64,000 nt of DNA from Candidatus Latescibacterota bacterium. Lineage in GTDB: Bacteria; Latescibacterota; UBA2968. The notes below the pieces were generated by a model that saw nothing but the letters and a program-made list of their open reading frames with translations, was not told where the DNA came from and ran no database searches. Position numbers and translations under genes: made by a program. Position 1 is the stretch's first letter. Each line of letters begins with the position of its first letter. Below are positions 19,650-30,294 of the stretch, piece after piece. Where the stretch lies: positions 1,536,001 to 1,600,000 of the forward strand of contig OZ240241.1 in assembly GCA_965198115.1 (NCBI GenBank), written 5' to 3'.

Positions 19650-20141
19650 TTAATCCCGCATGTTGACGAATTGGAGAGGAATCTCGTAATCATTGGATTT
19701 CAGCAGCCGAATGACGGCCTGCAGGTCGTAGCGCTTTTTTCCAGAAACGCGAAGTTCATCGCCCTGGATCTGAATCTGCACCTTGATCTTGGTGTCCTTC
19801 ACATCCTTCACGATCCTCTTTCCGATGTCCTGATCGATGCCTTGTTTGATCATAACTTCTCGCCGCAGGGTTTTTCCACCCGCAGCCTCGACATCCTTGA
19901 AATCGAGACATCCCGCATCGACCTTCCTCCGCACGGCGTGTGTGATCAGGATGTCCCGAACCGCATCCATCTTCATCTCGTCCTCTGTTCGAACGACGAT
20001 GAGGCCGACCTTGTTGTCCCATTCGATCTGTGTATTCGATCCGCGGAAGTCGTAACGCTGCACGATCTCCTTGCTCGCGTTGTTCACCGTGTTCGAGACC
20101 TCCTGCAGGTCGACCTTGTTGACCACATCGAATGATGGCAT
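19650..20141 (-). CDS. yajQ: YajQ family cyclic di-GMP/nucleotide-binding protein
   Basis: MPSFDVV..VDLQEV.N, RYDFRG, KVQ.QIQGDELRVSGKKR.DLQ, PLQFVN.RD. Confidence 0.95.
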   Translation of the reverse strand: MPSFDVVNKVDLQEVSNTVNNASKEIVQRYDFRGSNTQIEWDNKVGLIVVRTEDEMKMDAVRDILITHAVRRKVDAGCLDFKDVEAAGGKTLRREVMIKQGIDQDIGKRIVKDVKDTKIKVQIQIQGDELRVSGKKRYDLQAVIRLLKSNDYEIPLQFVNMRD

Positions 20142-20165
20142 CGTTTCTCCTGTCTATTACGTTGT

Positions 20166-21116
20166 CTAGCTCGCTGAAGCCTTGTCATCGCCCCCGAGAA
20201 TCTGATCGATCTCTTCCATATCCTCATCCGAAAGCTGCCACTCGACAGTCTTGGCATTCGCTGAGACCTGCTCGGACTTCGTAGCGCCGGCAATAACAGA
20301 TGTCACGGCCGGATTCGCCAACAGCCAAGCGAATGCGAGATCGAGCACGGTACGGTCCCTTTTCGTTGCGAACCTTTCCAAAGACTCGAGAGTATCGAAA
20401 TTGCTATCCGTAAACAGCCCGCGATCCCCACCGGCCAGCCGTGTGCCTTCGGGGGCGGGCTCCCCTCGACGGTACTTCCCTGTCAGGAAGCCATTCGCGA
20501 GGGGAAAATAGGGCAGGATGCCGATCCCGTAGGTTTTGCAGAATGGGACGAGTTCTGATTCGACCTTCCGATCCAACATGCTGTAGCGTGGCTGAACGGT
20601 CGAGAACGAAACGAGGTTGTTCATCCGCGAAGCCCACACGGCCTCACATACCTCCCACGACGCATAATTCGAGCATCCGACGTAGCGCACCTTGCCCTGC
20701 GTGACCAACTGGTCCAGCGCGTGGAGCGTCTCCTCGATTGGCGTATTCGGGTCCGCGCGATGGATCTGGTAGAGATCCACGTAGTCCGTTCGCAGACGCT
20801 TCAGGCTTTTCTCGATCTCCGCGAACAGATGGTGGCGTGAGGCGCCGACCTCGTTGGGGCCGTCGCCGACCTTCATCGCTGCCTTCGTCGCGAGGATAAA
20901 CTGATCACGCTTCCCAAGGATTGCTTTACCGATAAACGTCTCGGATTGCCCGCCACTGTAGATGTTCGCCGTATCGATGAACGTCACGTCTTCGTCCAGC
21001 GCCCGATCGAGTACACGGACGGTTCCGGCCGCGTCTACTCGGCGACCAAAATTGTTCGTCCCCAGACCAATGGCCGAAACCTCGAGACCGGAAGGGCCCA
21101 GTTTGCGGTATTCCAA
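20166..21116 (-). CDS. Aldo/keto reductase
   Basis: SGLEVS.IGLG, DTANIY, SLKRLRTDYVDLYQIH, GKVRYVGCSN, PLANGFLTGKY. Confidence 0.93.
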   Translation of the reverse strand: MEYRKLGPSGLEVSAIGLGTNNFGRRVDAAGTVRVLDRALDEDVTFIDTANIYSGGQSETFIGKAILGKRDQFILATKAAMKVGDGPNEVGASRHHLFAEIEKSLKRLRTDYVDLYQIHRADPNTPIEETLHALDQLVTQGKVRYVGCSNYASWEVCEAVWASRMNNLVSFSTVQPRYSMLDRKVESELVPFCKTYGIGILPYFPLANGFLTGKYRRGEPAPEGTRLAGGDRGLFTDSNFDTLESLERFATKRDRTVLDLAFAWLLANPAVTSVIAGATKSEQVSANAKTVEWQLSDEDMEEIDQILGGDDKASAS

Positions 21117-21164
21117 GATTGCTCCTGCGACGGTTGACAGTGTGCGTGGCTAAACCTCTGAAGA

Positions 21165-21285
21165 GACGAACTCAGATCGCAGAACGTCGAACGCCGAATG
21201 TCGAAAGGGCGATTCTAAATCCATCGAGCTTGTCGGGTTACCCTTCGACATTCGAAATTGGGAGTTCGACATTCGGCGTTCAGTT
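21165..21285. repeat. Heptamer-repeat inverted hairpin
   Basis: GAACGCCGAATGTCGAA...TTCGACATTCGGCGTTC arms. Confidence 0.7.
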
Positions 21286-21287
21286 TC

Positions 21288-22298
21288 CTACCACTCGAAA
21301 ACGACCTTGCCGGTATCTCCCGCGTCAAATGTGTTAAATGCCTCCACGGCGTCCTCGACTCTGAACCGATGTGTGACGATGTCGTCGAGCGGCACGTCGT
21401 GGGTCTGCAGAAAGTCAATGGCAGCGTAGTAATCTGAGTAGGAATAAACCGAGTTTCCCTTCACCGTAAGATCCTTGCCCAGCAGACTCCCGAAGTTCAG
21501 ACTGAACTCCGGCTGGCCGATCCCCACGTAGACCAGGGTCGCTCCACGTCCAGCCACGACACCTGCCTGGGACCGAGCCGCGTCGCTTCCCGAACACTCC
21601 ACGACGCCACGCACACCCTTGCCGTTCGTCAGATCACTCACGACAGCCGTCGGGTCGTCGGTTGATGCATCGACGACGGTTCCTTTCCCGATCCGTCTGG
21701 CCAGGTCGATCCGGTAAGGATGGATGTCCACGCCAATCGCGTCGTAGCCCATCCCGATCGCGTAGAGATACGCCGTCAGACCGACCGGTCCGAGCCCGAA
21801 AACGACGACGGGTTCGCCCGCGTGTGCGGTGACCTTGCTAACGGCCGAGAAGGACGTACCCGCGGTGCACGCCAGCTGCGTACCGACTTCAAAGGAAATC
21901 GAATCTGAAAGGGGAAGACAGTAGCGGGCTTCGGTCAGCATGTAGTCCGCGTGGGAGCCGTCCTGGGTCCGACCAAAGGCGCCTCCCGCAATCTGGCAGG
22001 ATGCGGGCATACCGGACGTGCAGTCGACGCAGTAGCCACACCCTGTTCGGTGGTAAACGGTCACCCGGTCTCCCACCCTGACGTTCGTCACGCCGGGGCC
22101 GAGCTCCGCGACGAGGCCTGTCGGTTCGTGCCCGGACCGCTCCTTCGCCCAGGCACGATTGCTGTGATACTTGTGCAGGTCACTACCGCAGAGACCGCCG
22201 ATCTTGCTTTCGATCACCACCTGACCGGCTCCGGGCTGAGGCTGATCGAATTCCCTGACCTCCACTTCACTTTCTCCGAGATAAACGACGCCCTTCAT
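21288..22298 (-). CDS. Zn-dependent (MDR) alcohol/sugar dehydrogenase
   Basis: CGSDLH, GHE, CG.C..C......C, GLGPVG. Confidence 0.9.
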   Translation of the reverse strand: MKGVVYLGESEVEVREFDQPQPGAGQVVIESKIGGLCGSDLHKYHSNRAWAKERSGHEPTGLVAELGPGVTNVRVGDRVTVYHRTGCGYCVDCTSGMPASCQIAGGAFGRTQDGSHADYMLTEARYCLPLSDSISFEVGTQLACTAGTSFSAVSKVTAHAGEPVVVFGLGPVGLTAYLYAIGMGYDAIGVDIHPYRIDLARRIGKGTVVDASTDDPTAVVSDLTNGKGVRGVVECSGSDAARSQAGVVAGRGATLVYVGIGQPEFSLNFGSLLGKDLTVKGNSVYSYSDYYAAIDFLQTHDVPLDDIVTHRFRVEDAVEAFNTFDAGDTGKVVFEW

Positions 22299-22319
22299 AT
22301 CGCTCTCCCCTCTTCGGGT

Positions 22320-23282
22320 CTATCGAGATCGGGACAGGTGCACCGCCACGACGGATCGATCACCCAGGTCGAATGTTTCCTCTGTTCCTCCCACAATACC
22401 GAATCCCACCGCTTCGAACCGTGCCCGCTTTCGTTCATCCTCGATCGACACAGCCGCGTTCACGGCTCCGGCTCCGTGCGATTGCCCCCAGTCTATCGCC
22501 GCCTCTATCAAAGCTTCCCAAGAACCATCGAATCGGTGGTGTGTAAAACCATCAACCCGACACGCGCCCTTATCATTCAACCTCGCAGACGAAAGTCCCA
22601 CGACCCTGCCATCGCCCGTCCTGGCCGCGAACCACGCGCCGCATCCTTCCAGCGACCGCGTGAACCTCGGGTAGAGCCCCATGCACGAATGTTGGATGAC
22701 ATAGCGGCGACCAAAGAGACCCACGTTCGCGTCCAGCACCTGACTGTCGTGAGGCGTCCAGATGAGCGGGATCATCGGAATCCGCACATCTGGCGCCGCT
22801 GGACCGACGGTGACATCACCCTGGTGACGGAAGAAATCGACCAGGAACTCCTCCGGTGAATCCTCCCCCGTGATGTTGGTCATCACGTTCGCCCCGGCCA
22901 TCCTTCGCCACCCCAATCTGTCATAGATTCGCGCTGCCCCGGGATTCCCGGTCCCGAGGAAAAAGGCCTCTCCCCCTGCAGCCTGGAAGTCCTCGACCGC
23001 ACATCGACAAAGCTCTGACGCCAGCCCTCTTCCACGATACGCTGGATCGGTCGCCACCTCTGCGAACCCCGCCACAGCCGGTAGACCTTTGGAACGAACC
23101 GTCAGACACGTCGCGACGGGACGTCCCCCGTCCTCTTCAATATAAAGGATGGTATCGTGCCAATCCGTCTCTTCACCCAGGAAGAGCGTTCGGTCGAGAT
23201 CGCCGCCTTCCCCAAAAATCGACGCCCAGAATGGCATTAGCCGATCGACGAGATCTTCGGCAATGGGAATGTCGTATTTCAT
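22320..23282 (-). CDS. GNAT acetyltransferase (likely tandem domains)
   Basis: VATDPAYRGRGLAS, A.RIYDRLGW. Confidence 0.8.
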   Translation of the reverse strand: MKYDIPIAEDLVDRLMPFWASIFGEGGDLDRTLFLGEETDWHDTILYIEEDGGRPVATCLTVRSKGLPAVAGFAEVATDPAYRGRGLASELCRCAVEDFQAAGGEAFFLGTGNPGAARIYDRLGWRRMAGANVMTNITGEDSPEEFLVDFFRHQGDVTVGPAAPDVRIPMIPLIWTPHDSQVLDANVGLFGRRYVIQHSCMGLYPRFTRSLEGCGAWFAARTGDGRVVGLSSARLNDKGACRVDGFTHHRFDGSWEALIEAAIDWGQSHGAGAVNAAVSIEDERKRARFEAVGFGIVGGTEETFDLGDRSVVAVHLSRSR

Positions 23283-23307
23283 CGATTCATTGTGCTACCG
23301 TCCACCG

Positions 23308-24537
23308 TCAAGAATTGCCAGGTAGAATCGGTTGAGTCCACGCCCTCTGGACATCGTCTGGGACCGTGGGGTTAGGGTGAGGAACGTCTGAAACAACCAC
23401 AGCTCTCACGTAGAGTTCGTCCCCACGGAACGTGTAGCCTACTTCGGTTCCAGACGCGACGTGCACGATTTTACCTATCTCCTCGGAATAGGTCCGGGTT
23501 GTCCGGATCTCCTGACCTGTCTGATCGAGAACAGGCTCGCCCGTCATTTCCACACCGCGTGGTGATCCGATGAATTTAGTCGTGTAGTGAACGCCTTCCA
23601 CCCCCACGATATTCAAACTCATCCCGTCTTCCCGAACATCAATCTCATCCAGTTCCACGCCAGAGCTACAATAGAACGCGCCACGGTTGACGGCCCCGAG
23701 TATGTGATCGGGTGTCAGCCACTCTGCATCGACGCATATCCACGCCCGTCCCGGCATAGCCGTATTCCCGAGCCGCCAGTGGTTTGTGTAGGCGTGGCAA
23801 TCGTCTGTCGCCAGACCGTAAATCAGCGGGCCCCCCGCACTCAGTCGTAGCGTCAGGGCGATGTCCCACATCCGCTCGACCGGGCAGTGCACGTCGTCGC
23901 CAAAAGTGTTGCAGCTGTTGAGCGCGGTGTAGATCTCCATGTGCCGCAGGTCCGGCACATTCGCGATGTCCTCCGCCGTCGCATTCCAACAGAAGTTAGG
24001 GTGGTTCAGATACACGAGCACTTCCGCTCCGGACGTTCGACTCACTTCACGCGCAACGCCCAACGTCGCCGACATCGCACCACGACTGGTATCGGGATCG
24101 TGCTGTGGACCCAGGGCTTCCGGCGTATTGAACACATTGATCCAGTGCTTCCGGTCTCTGTCTGGTATGTCGCCCCACGTCGTGCTCACTTCCTCACCCA
24201 TCATCATCAGAAAGCTGCCGAACTCTTCTACCAGATGCCGGTACTCCGACAGTGGCTTGACACGAACCTGTGGCTCTCCCTCATCCCGCGTTTCGACCCA
24301 CGGTCGTCCGTACCGATCGATGTACTTCTGCAACAGATCACCGTCGGACATCGTCCGGCCGGTGCTGGAAGATGACTCACAGCTCACCCATTTGATACCC
24401 GTCTGATGCTGGTCGTGCTCTGTGAAAGCGATGAAGTCGTATCCCGCACACTTGAACCAGTCCGCCACCATCTCGGGAAAGTCGTGGCCATCCGACCAAT
24501 AGGAGTGCATGTGCAGGTTACCGCGGTACCACGCCAT
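23308..24537 (-). CDS. PHP-like (CehA/McbA-type) metallohydrolase
   Basis: WYRGNLHMHSYWSDG, FTEHD, GEE, NHP, ATDDCH. Confidence 0.8.
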   Translation of the reverse strand: MAWYRGNLHMHSYWSDGHDFPEMVADWFKCAGYDFIAFTEHDQHQTGIKWVSCESSSSTGRTMSDGDLLQKYIDRYGRPWVETRDEGEPQVRVKPLSEYRHLVEEFGSFLMMMGEEVSTTWGDIPDRDRKHWINVFNTPEALGPQHDPDTSRGAMSATLGVAREVSRTSGAEVLVYLNHPNFCWNATAEDIANVPDLRHMEIYTALNSCNTFGDDVHCPVERMWDIALTLRLSAGGPLIYGLATDDCHAYTNHWRLGNTAMPGRAWICVDAEWLTPDHILGAVNRGAFYCSSGVELDEIDVREDGMSLNIVGVEGVHYTTKFIGSPRGVEMTGEPVLDQTGQEIRTTRTYSEEIGKIVHVASGTEVGYTFRGDELYVRAVVVSDVPHPNPTVPDDVQRAWTQPILPGNS

Positions 24538-24554
24538 TTCTCGGTTCTCGATCG

Positions 24555-25271
24555 TCAGAATGCGAAGCCCACGGCTTTCGTCAGGAACTTCATAAACGGT
24601 GTCGCCGAACGACAGGTCCTGGCGAAGGATTGCATGAAGTCCGTCGCGCAAAGTTCCCTGCGCGTCACGTCCGCCACACCGATGAAGTCTTTGCGTTTCA
24701 GATCATCGATCAAAGGGTGATCCGCATCGACACCGGCCGGGGGACGCTTCAGCGAGTCGCCTTGCAGTTCCCACGCCCTCCGAAAACGTGCTCCGGTCGC
24801 CCGATTCCACGCTTCAGGCTCGTCCAGAATAGCCTGACGGATCCGTTTCGCCGTCGCAGTGTCCGGATGCCAGATCCCCACACCGATGAACGACTCCTTA
24901 GGATCCAGATGAAGGTAGTAGCCGGGCGTGTGGGCATCCTTTGCCCGTTCGTGGCGAAAGTGAACGCCTGCATTGGTTTTGTAGGGAGATTTATCCTTCG
25001 AGAAACGCACATCCCTGAAGATTCTGAAGAGAGATCCGCCGACCTTTCGGGGATTCGCCTCGAAGTGCGGACTCAGCTTCTCGAGATGTTCCGAAAAGTC
25101 CTCGATAAACCCGAGCAATGGTTCCCGCAGGTCGTTCTCGAACCGGTCTTTGTTCTGCTCGAACCAATCTCGGTCGTTATTCTTGGCGAGGTCAGTCAGA
25201 AACCGGAAAAGCTTCGGTGTGATGTAGGGATTCGGCACGAATGAAGTCTCCTTGGTGAACAGTTGGTTCAA
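24555..25271 (-). CDS. DUF2461 family protein
   Basis: FL..L..NN.R.WF..NK, FRIFRDVRFSKDKSPYKT. Confidence 0.9.
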   Translation of the reverse strand: MNQLFTKETSFVPNPYITPKLFRFLTDLAKNNDRDWFEQNKDRFENDLREPLLGFIEDFSEHLEKLSPHFEANPRKVGGSLFRIFRDVRFSKDKSPYKTNAGVHFRHERAKDAHTPGYYLHLDPKESFIGVGIWHPDTATAKRIRQAILDEPEAWNRATGARFRRAWELQGDSLKRPPAGVDADHPLIDDLKRKDFIGVADVTRRELCATDFMQSFARTCRSATPFMKFLTKAVGFAF

Positions 25272-26350
25272 TCACGCCGTGCGTATAGCTTCGCGACCCG
25301 CTGGACGTCTTCGATCGGAATCGCCGTCAGCTCCGAACCATCGGGCCGTTGGGTCGTCTCGGCCTTGAGAAGCGCATTGATGATGGCCTCTTCCGTCGCC
25401 TCGATCGTCATCTTGAAGAGTGTCGACAGGTCACCGTCTGCGAAGAGACGATCGAACCCGCGACCCGGCGTCCCGTTGGCGTCGAAACGCGTCCCGTTCG
25501 AGAACGCAATGACGAAATCACCACTCCCGTGTTCCGCCTTTGCGCCCGTGCGCGCCAGACCGAACGTCGCCCGCCTGGCGATCCGCGTCAGCTGCCGGGC
25601 CGTGACGGGCGCATCCGTTCCGATCACCATCATGATCGACCCCGCACCGTCGTCCCCAGCCGCCTTCCGGACGTAGTCGGGCACGACTTCCTTTCCGAAC
25701 GGCACCTCATCGATCCGCAGCTCGGACGATTGTCCCGTATTCGTCAACACCATCGCGCCCACTGTGACTTCACCCTTTTCCGAGTCAGTCACACGCGAGG
25801 CCGTGCCGATTCCGCCTTTCCACCCGAATCCGTGCATCCCGGACCCGGCACCCACGCACCCTTCGTCGATGTTTTCGGTCGTGGCGCCATCGAGTGCTGC
25901 CCGCACGTGCTCCCGCTTCACGTGGCGACCGACGATGTCGTTCGTGTGGCCGTCATTGCACTCTCCCACAACGGGGTTGAACGTGCGCGCATCCGGGTTG
26001 CGGTCGACCATGTAGTCGATCACCGCGTCGGCCACAGACCAGACATTCAAGGTATTGGTCAACACGATCGGCGTCTCGATCGTACCCAGTTCCTCGATCT
26101 GGGGAAAGCCCGTCGACTTGCCGTGCCCGTTGATCACGTGGACGGCGCCGCAGACTTTATCCGTGTAGAGGTTGCCCCCGTGGGGTAGAATCGCCGTCAC
26201 ACCCGTGTGTATGGCGTTGTCTTCCGAATTCAGCGTTGTGTGACCCACGCGGACCTCGGGCACGTCCGTAATCGCATTCCGTCTGCCCGGGCGGAAGGAC
26301 CCGATCTCGATACCAATCTCTCTGGCCCTGCGTCGCTGAGTCTCAGGCAT
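25268..26350 (-). CDS. dmpA: DmpA/S58 family (D-)aminopeptidase
   Basis: NAITDV..V.VGH.T, TGVTAILP, NG.GKSTG, PVVGECND, KGGIGTASR, GSI, GSGD. Confidence 0.88.
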   Translation of the reverse strand: MPETQRRRAREIGIEIGSFRPGRRNAITDVPEVRVGHTTLNSEDNAIHTGVTAILPHGGNLYTDKVCGAVHVINGHGKSTGFPQIEELGTIETPIVLTNTLNVWSVADAVIDYMVDRNPDARTFNPVVGECNDGHTNDIVGRHVKREHVRAALDGATTENIDEGCVGAGSGMHGFGWKGGIGTASRVTDSEKGEVTVGAMVLTNTGQSSELRIDEVPFGKEVVPDYVRKAAGDDGAGSIMMVIGTDAPVTARQLTRIARRATFGLARTGAKAEHGSGDFVIAFSNGTRFDANGTPGRGFDRLFADGDLSTLFKMTIEATEEAIINALLKAETTQRPDGSELTAIPIEDVQRVAKLYARRD

Positions 26351-27506
26351 CGATAAAGCCCTCGTTCTGTTCGTAGGCGATCGCCCCCCGACAGATCGTG
26401 GCCAGGACCTCCAGCGAGTCGTCCAACACCACGAAGTCGGCGTCAAGACCCTCGCGAATCTCGCCCTTCTGTTTCGACGCGCAGACGGTCCGCGCTGGCA
26501 CCGATGAGGCCATCTTCAACGCATCCTCGGCTGACACACCCGCAGCCACGACATTGCGAACTCCGCGATCCATCGTTAAGACGCTGCCGGCGTGTCTCTT
26601 CCGGTCCTCGCGATAGGCCACTTCCTCCGTCACCCACGCCTTCTGGCCCATCACGACGTATTCACCGGGCCCTTTTCCCGTCGCCTGCATCGCGTCGGTC
26701 GTGATACAGATCAGATGGTGTGGCTTTACCTTCACGATCAGCTCCAGCATGCGCGGCGTCAGATGGTGCCCGTCTGGAATGATCTCGGTCGTCAGCGTGT
26801 CACGCAGCAGCCCCATCTCCGCCACACCCAGATGTTTCCCTTCGGCTGTCCGCGTGTAGATCGACGACGCGTTGTAGAGATGGCTGACGAGAGTCGCACC
26901 CGCCTCGATCGCGGCGTCCACTTCCTCATCCGTCGCCATGGTATGCGCGATTGCTGAAACGACATTGCTTTCGGCAAAATACCGCGTCATCTCAAGTGCA
27001 CCGGACAACTCGGGCGCGCTCGCCACGACTTTCACCAACGAGCCGAATTTTTCTACCCAGCGTGAATACTCTTTGCGGTCGGGTTCCCGAATCCATTCCT
27101 CTCGATGTGCCACACGTTGTTCCGCATTGTAGTAGGGGCCTTCGAGGTAGGCCCCCAAAAACGCTGGACAGGCCGACGGCTGTTCGAACGCGGTCATTCG
27201 CTCCAGGGTTTCGACCCGCGCTGCAGCCGGCGCTGAATTGATCGCCCCGACCACGGCCGTCGTTCCGAAACGCGCGAACGTGTTCAGAATCGTCTCGATA
27301 CCCCCCTGCCCCGCCTCTTCGAACGTCTCTCCCCCACCACCATTGCAGTGAATGTCGATGAATCCAGACGCCAAAAGGGCATTACCCAGATCCCTCGCCT
27401 CCTCGGTAGAGCCCTCCCTCACACCAACGATCTTCTCCCCCGCCACCTCGACCACCGCCGGCCGGATCCCCTCGGGCAATGCCACCCGTCTGGACTTCAG
27501 TTTCAT
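26343..27506 (-). CDS. nagA: N-acetylglucosamine-6-phosphate deacetylase family
   Basis: GFIDIH.NG, LEGPY, APE, AHT.A, SHLYNA, DGHH, TDAM, AGS.LTMD. Confidence 0.85.
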   Translation of the reverse strand: MKLKSRRVALPEGIRPAVVEVAGEKIVGVREGSTEEARDLGNALLASGFIDIHCNGGGGETFEEAGQGGIETILNTFARFGTTAVVGAINSAPAAARVETLERMTAFEQPSACPAFLGAYLEGPYYNAEQRVAHREEWIREPDRKEYSRWVEKFGSLVKVVASAPELSGALEMTRYFAESNVVSAIAHTMATDEEVDAAIEAGATLVSHLYNASSIYTRTAEGKHLGVAEMGLLRDTLTTEIIPDGHHLTPRMLELIVKVKPHHLICITTDAMQATGKGPGEYVVMGQKAWVTEEVAYREDRKRHAGSVLTMDRGVRNVVAAGVSAEDALKMASSVPARTVCASKQKGEIREGLDADFVVLDDSLEVLATICRGAIAYEQNEGFIDA

Positions 27507-27514
27507 AGGTCGTA

Positions 27515-27655
27515 TCTGTTCGTGTTTCGTGTGTGTGCCTGCCTCGCACGAACGTGAGAAGTTCGTTTTTGGCCTTCCGTTCGTGTCTTTCGTGTATTTC
27601 GTGGTTCGCTTTTGGTTTTCAGTCTGTGTTTTCCGTGACTTCCGTGGTTATCTTG
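27515..27655. repeat. 9-bp-period TTCGTG repeat patch
   Basis: TTCGTGTCTTTCGTGTATTTCGTGGTT and TTCCGTGACTTCCGTGGTT; similar patches near 42455 and 52685. Confidence 0.65.
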
Positions 27656-27662
27656 TCTTTCA

Positions 27663-28658
27663 ATGCCAGAGACGAGAACCATCACCAAGGACGACCTAGA
27701 AGCTCTCTGCGTCTCAATCCTCACGAGACGCGGCGTGACGGAAGGGGACGCTCAGACGACCGCACGCACGCAGGTCCACGCAGATCTGCGCGGTGTCCAC
27801 TCGCACGGGGCTCGTGGCATCGTTGGCTATGTCCAGCAACTCGAATCCGGGACGATTAACCCCACACCCGACATTCAGGTCATTGCCGAGGGAGCCGCCT
27901 TCGTGCACCTCGACGGCGACTGTGGACTCGGACAGGTCACATCCAATAACGCAATGACGTGGGCAATCGAGAAGGCTAAACAGAGCGGCATCGGCTTCGC
28001 CCTCGTCCGGAACAGCAACCACTATGGGGCCGCCGCCTACTACGCGATCAGGGCGGCGGAGGCCGACACGGTCGGGTTCAACTGTACGGGCGGACGAAGA
28101 CTGAGCGGGAATATGGCAGCGTTTGGCAGCATCGAGCCCGTCATCGGGAACTATCCCCTCGCCTACGGCATCCCGGCGGGCAATGAACGCCCCGTTGTGC
28201 TCGACATGGCGACCGGCGTCGTCGCCGCGGGCAAGGTCGGAATGGCGCTCGCGCGCGGGGAATCCATCCCTGAAGGATGGGCGCTCACCAGCGAGGGTCT
28301 GCCCACCACAGATCCTGCGGAAGCCAGCATCATCGTCCCGCTGGGCCCGAAGGGGTCGGGTCTCTCCATCGTGATGAACATGATCGGCGGGATTCTCGGA
28401 GGCGCGGGATTCCCCGACCGGGACCGCTTCGGCCACTTCTTCATCGCGATCGACGTCGCCGCATTCGGCGACTCCGAAGCTTTCAAGGCCGAGATCGATG
28501 AACGGATTGCATCGATCCGCGGGGCAAAGCCCGCTCCCGGGGTCGACCGAGTCTACTACCCTGGCGAGCCCGAGTGGCTCACCTACGAGTCCTACCTGAC
28601 CGACGGCATTCCGATGCTCGCTACCCACCTTGCCGACCTCGAAGCGCTCGTCGTGTGA
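27663..28658 (+). CDS. Ldh_2 family (malate/L-lactate/ureidoglycolate-type) oxidoreductase
   Basis: ADLRGVHSHG, NSNHYGAAAYY, GN.PLA, LDMAT, KGSGL, YYPGE. Confidence 0.9.
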   Translation: MPETRTITKDDLEALCVSILTRRGVTEGDAQTTARTQVHADLRGVHSHGARGIVGYVQQLESGTINPTPDIQVIAEGAAFVHLDGDCGLGQVTSNNAMTWAIEKAKQSGIGFALVRNSNHYGAAAYYAIRAAEADTVGFNCTGGRRLSGNMAAFGSIEPVIGNYPLAYGIPAGNERPVVLDMATGVVAAGKVGMALARGESIPEGWALTSEGLPTTDPAEASIIVPLGPKGSGLSIVMNMIGGILGGAGFPDRDRFGHFFIAIDVAAFGDSEAFKAEIDERIASIRGAKPAPGVDRVYYPGEPEWLTYESYLTDGIPMLATHLADLEALVV

Positions 28659-29383
28659 AAAGGATTCTGATCCTCACAGCGACCGGGGGCGAGCAGGGCA
28701 CTTTGCGTGATGCCCTCGGGGGACTCGAGCACACCGTTCGGACCCATCGCAACCACTACCACGGCAAGACGTTCGGCCACGATGTCACACTCGTCGAGAC
28801 CAGTATCGGCGCAGTCAACACCGCCCAAGCCCTGTCGGCCGTGCTCGAGTCGCAAACCACCGACTACGTCATCCAGTGCGGCATCGCCGGAGCCTACCCA
28901 AGCACCGGATTGACCGTCGGGGACATCGCCGTCGCAGACGAGGAGATTTATGGCGACCTCGGCATCGCGCTGCCCGACCGCTACGCGCTTGCGGACGAAA
29001 TCGGTATCCCCGTCGTCGACGGCGATCCGCCTCGCTACAATCGAATGCCCCTCGACAAGGATCTGACCGAACGAGCTTTTGCCGCCGCCGGAACCTGTGC
29101 GGACGCCCTCGGATGCGCCGCCCATCGTGGTCTCTTCGTCACCGTACAGCAGTGCACCGGCTGCTCGGCCCTGGCCGGGGAGATGGAATCGCGCTTCGGA
29201 GGATTGTGTGAAAACATGGAAGGGGCCGCTGCCGCTCACGTCTGCGATCTCTACGGCCTGCCGTTCGTCGAGATTCGTGGCATCAGCAACATCGTCGAGG
29301 ATCGTGACCTGTCGAAGTGGGACATCCCCCTCGCTTCATCGCGCGCCCAATCCGTCGTCCTCGCCCTGATCGAAAATCTGTAA
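28655..29383 (+). CDS. mqnB: Futalosine hydrolase
   Basis: PNP/MTAN fold (G.VNTA, GIAGAY, YGDLG, ENMEGAAAA, EIRGISN.V.DRD..KWDI); directly upstream of mqnD. Confidence 0.88.
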   Translation: MKRILILTATGGEQGTLRDALGGLEHTVRTHRNHYHGKTFGHDVTLVETSIGAVNTAQALSAVLESQTTDYVIQCGIAGAYPSTGLTVGDIAVADEEIYGDLGIALPDRYALADEIGIPVVDGDPPRYNRMPLDKDLTERAFAAAGTCADALGCAAHRGLFVTVQQCTGCSALAGEMESRFGGLCENMEGAAAAHVCDLYGLPFVEIRGISNIVEDRDLSKWDIPLASSRAQSVVLALIENL

Positions 29384-29389
29384 CACCCA

Positions 29390-29441
29390 CACGATTTCCC
29401 AATTCCCTAACTCCCCAATTTCCCAATTTCCCAATTTCCCA
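29390..29441. repeat. 8-bp tandem repeat (ATTTCCCA)n
   Basis: GATTTCCCAATTCCCTAACTCCCCAATTTCCCAATTTCCCAATTTCCCAAT between mqnB and mqnD. Confidence 0.8.
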
Positions 29442-30266
29442 ATGTTAACCCTCGGCTACAGCCCCTGTCCCAACGACACCTTCATCTTCTACGGTCTCGT
29501 CCACGCCCGCATCGAAGGCGCTCCCGAATTCAAGGAGGTGCTCGAGGACATCGAAACCCTCAATCGTCTCGCCATGGATGCGAAGCTGGATATGACGAAG
29601 ATCTCGTTTCACGCATTCGCCCATATGCGAGAGACCTATTGCATGCTTCGATCTGGCGGCGCCTTGGGTCGTGGATGCGGTCCACTCGTTATCGCGCGTG
29701 AGGCCTTCGCCGCCGACGATCTGGCCGGCAAGCGAGTCGCAATCCCGGGCGAACTGACGACCGCCGCCCTGTTGCTTCGCCTCCATTCTCCCGGTTTGAC
29801 CGACCTCGCCGTCCTCCCTTTCCACGAAATCATGTCCGCAACACAAAGCGGCGACGTCGACGCCGGCGTCATCATCCACGAAAGTCGGTTCACCTATCCC
29901 GACTACGGCCTGCAAAAGATCGTCGATCTCGGCGAGTGGTGGGAATCCGCTACGGGTCATCCTATCCCGCTCGGCGGCATCCTGGTTCGGCGCGCGCTGG
30001 GCGAAGAGACCATCCGTCTGGTCGACGACGCACTCAAGGCCAGTGTCGAATACGCCTACGCGCATCCCGACGAAGTCAAACCCTACATCCGCGCGCACGC
30101 CCAGGAAATGGACGAGGCCGTGATGCAGCAGCACATCGACCTCTACGTCAACGAATACAGCGTAGATTACGGAGCTGACGGGGAAGCAGCGATCACGGAT
30201 CTGTTGGGAAGAGCTGAAGCGGAAGGGATTGTGCCCGGGTCGGAAGCGCCGGTTTTTCTGTCGTAA
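29442..30266 (+). CDS. mqnD: 1,4-dihydroxy-6-naphthoate synthase
   Basis: LGYSPCPNDTFIF, DIETLN, GGALGRGCGP, IIHE.RFTY, DLGEWWE, PLGG, HIDLYVN. Confidence 0.96.
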   Translation: MLTLGYSPCPNDTFIFYGLVHARIEGAPEFKEVLEDIETLNRLAMDAKLDMTKISFHAFAHMRETYCMLRSGGALGRGCGPLVIAREAFAADDLAGKRVAIPGELTTAALLLRLHSPGLTDLAVLPFHEIMSATQSGDVDAGVIIHESRFTYPDYGLQKIVDLGEWWESATGHPIPLGGILVRRALGEETIRLVDDALKASVEYAYAHPDEVKPYIRAHAQEMDEAVMQQHIDLYVNEYSVDYGADGEAAITDLLGRAEAEGIVPGSEAPVFLS

Positions 30267-30294
30267 CCCAGCTTCAGTGACCGTTGACCATTGC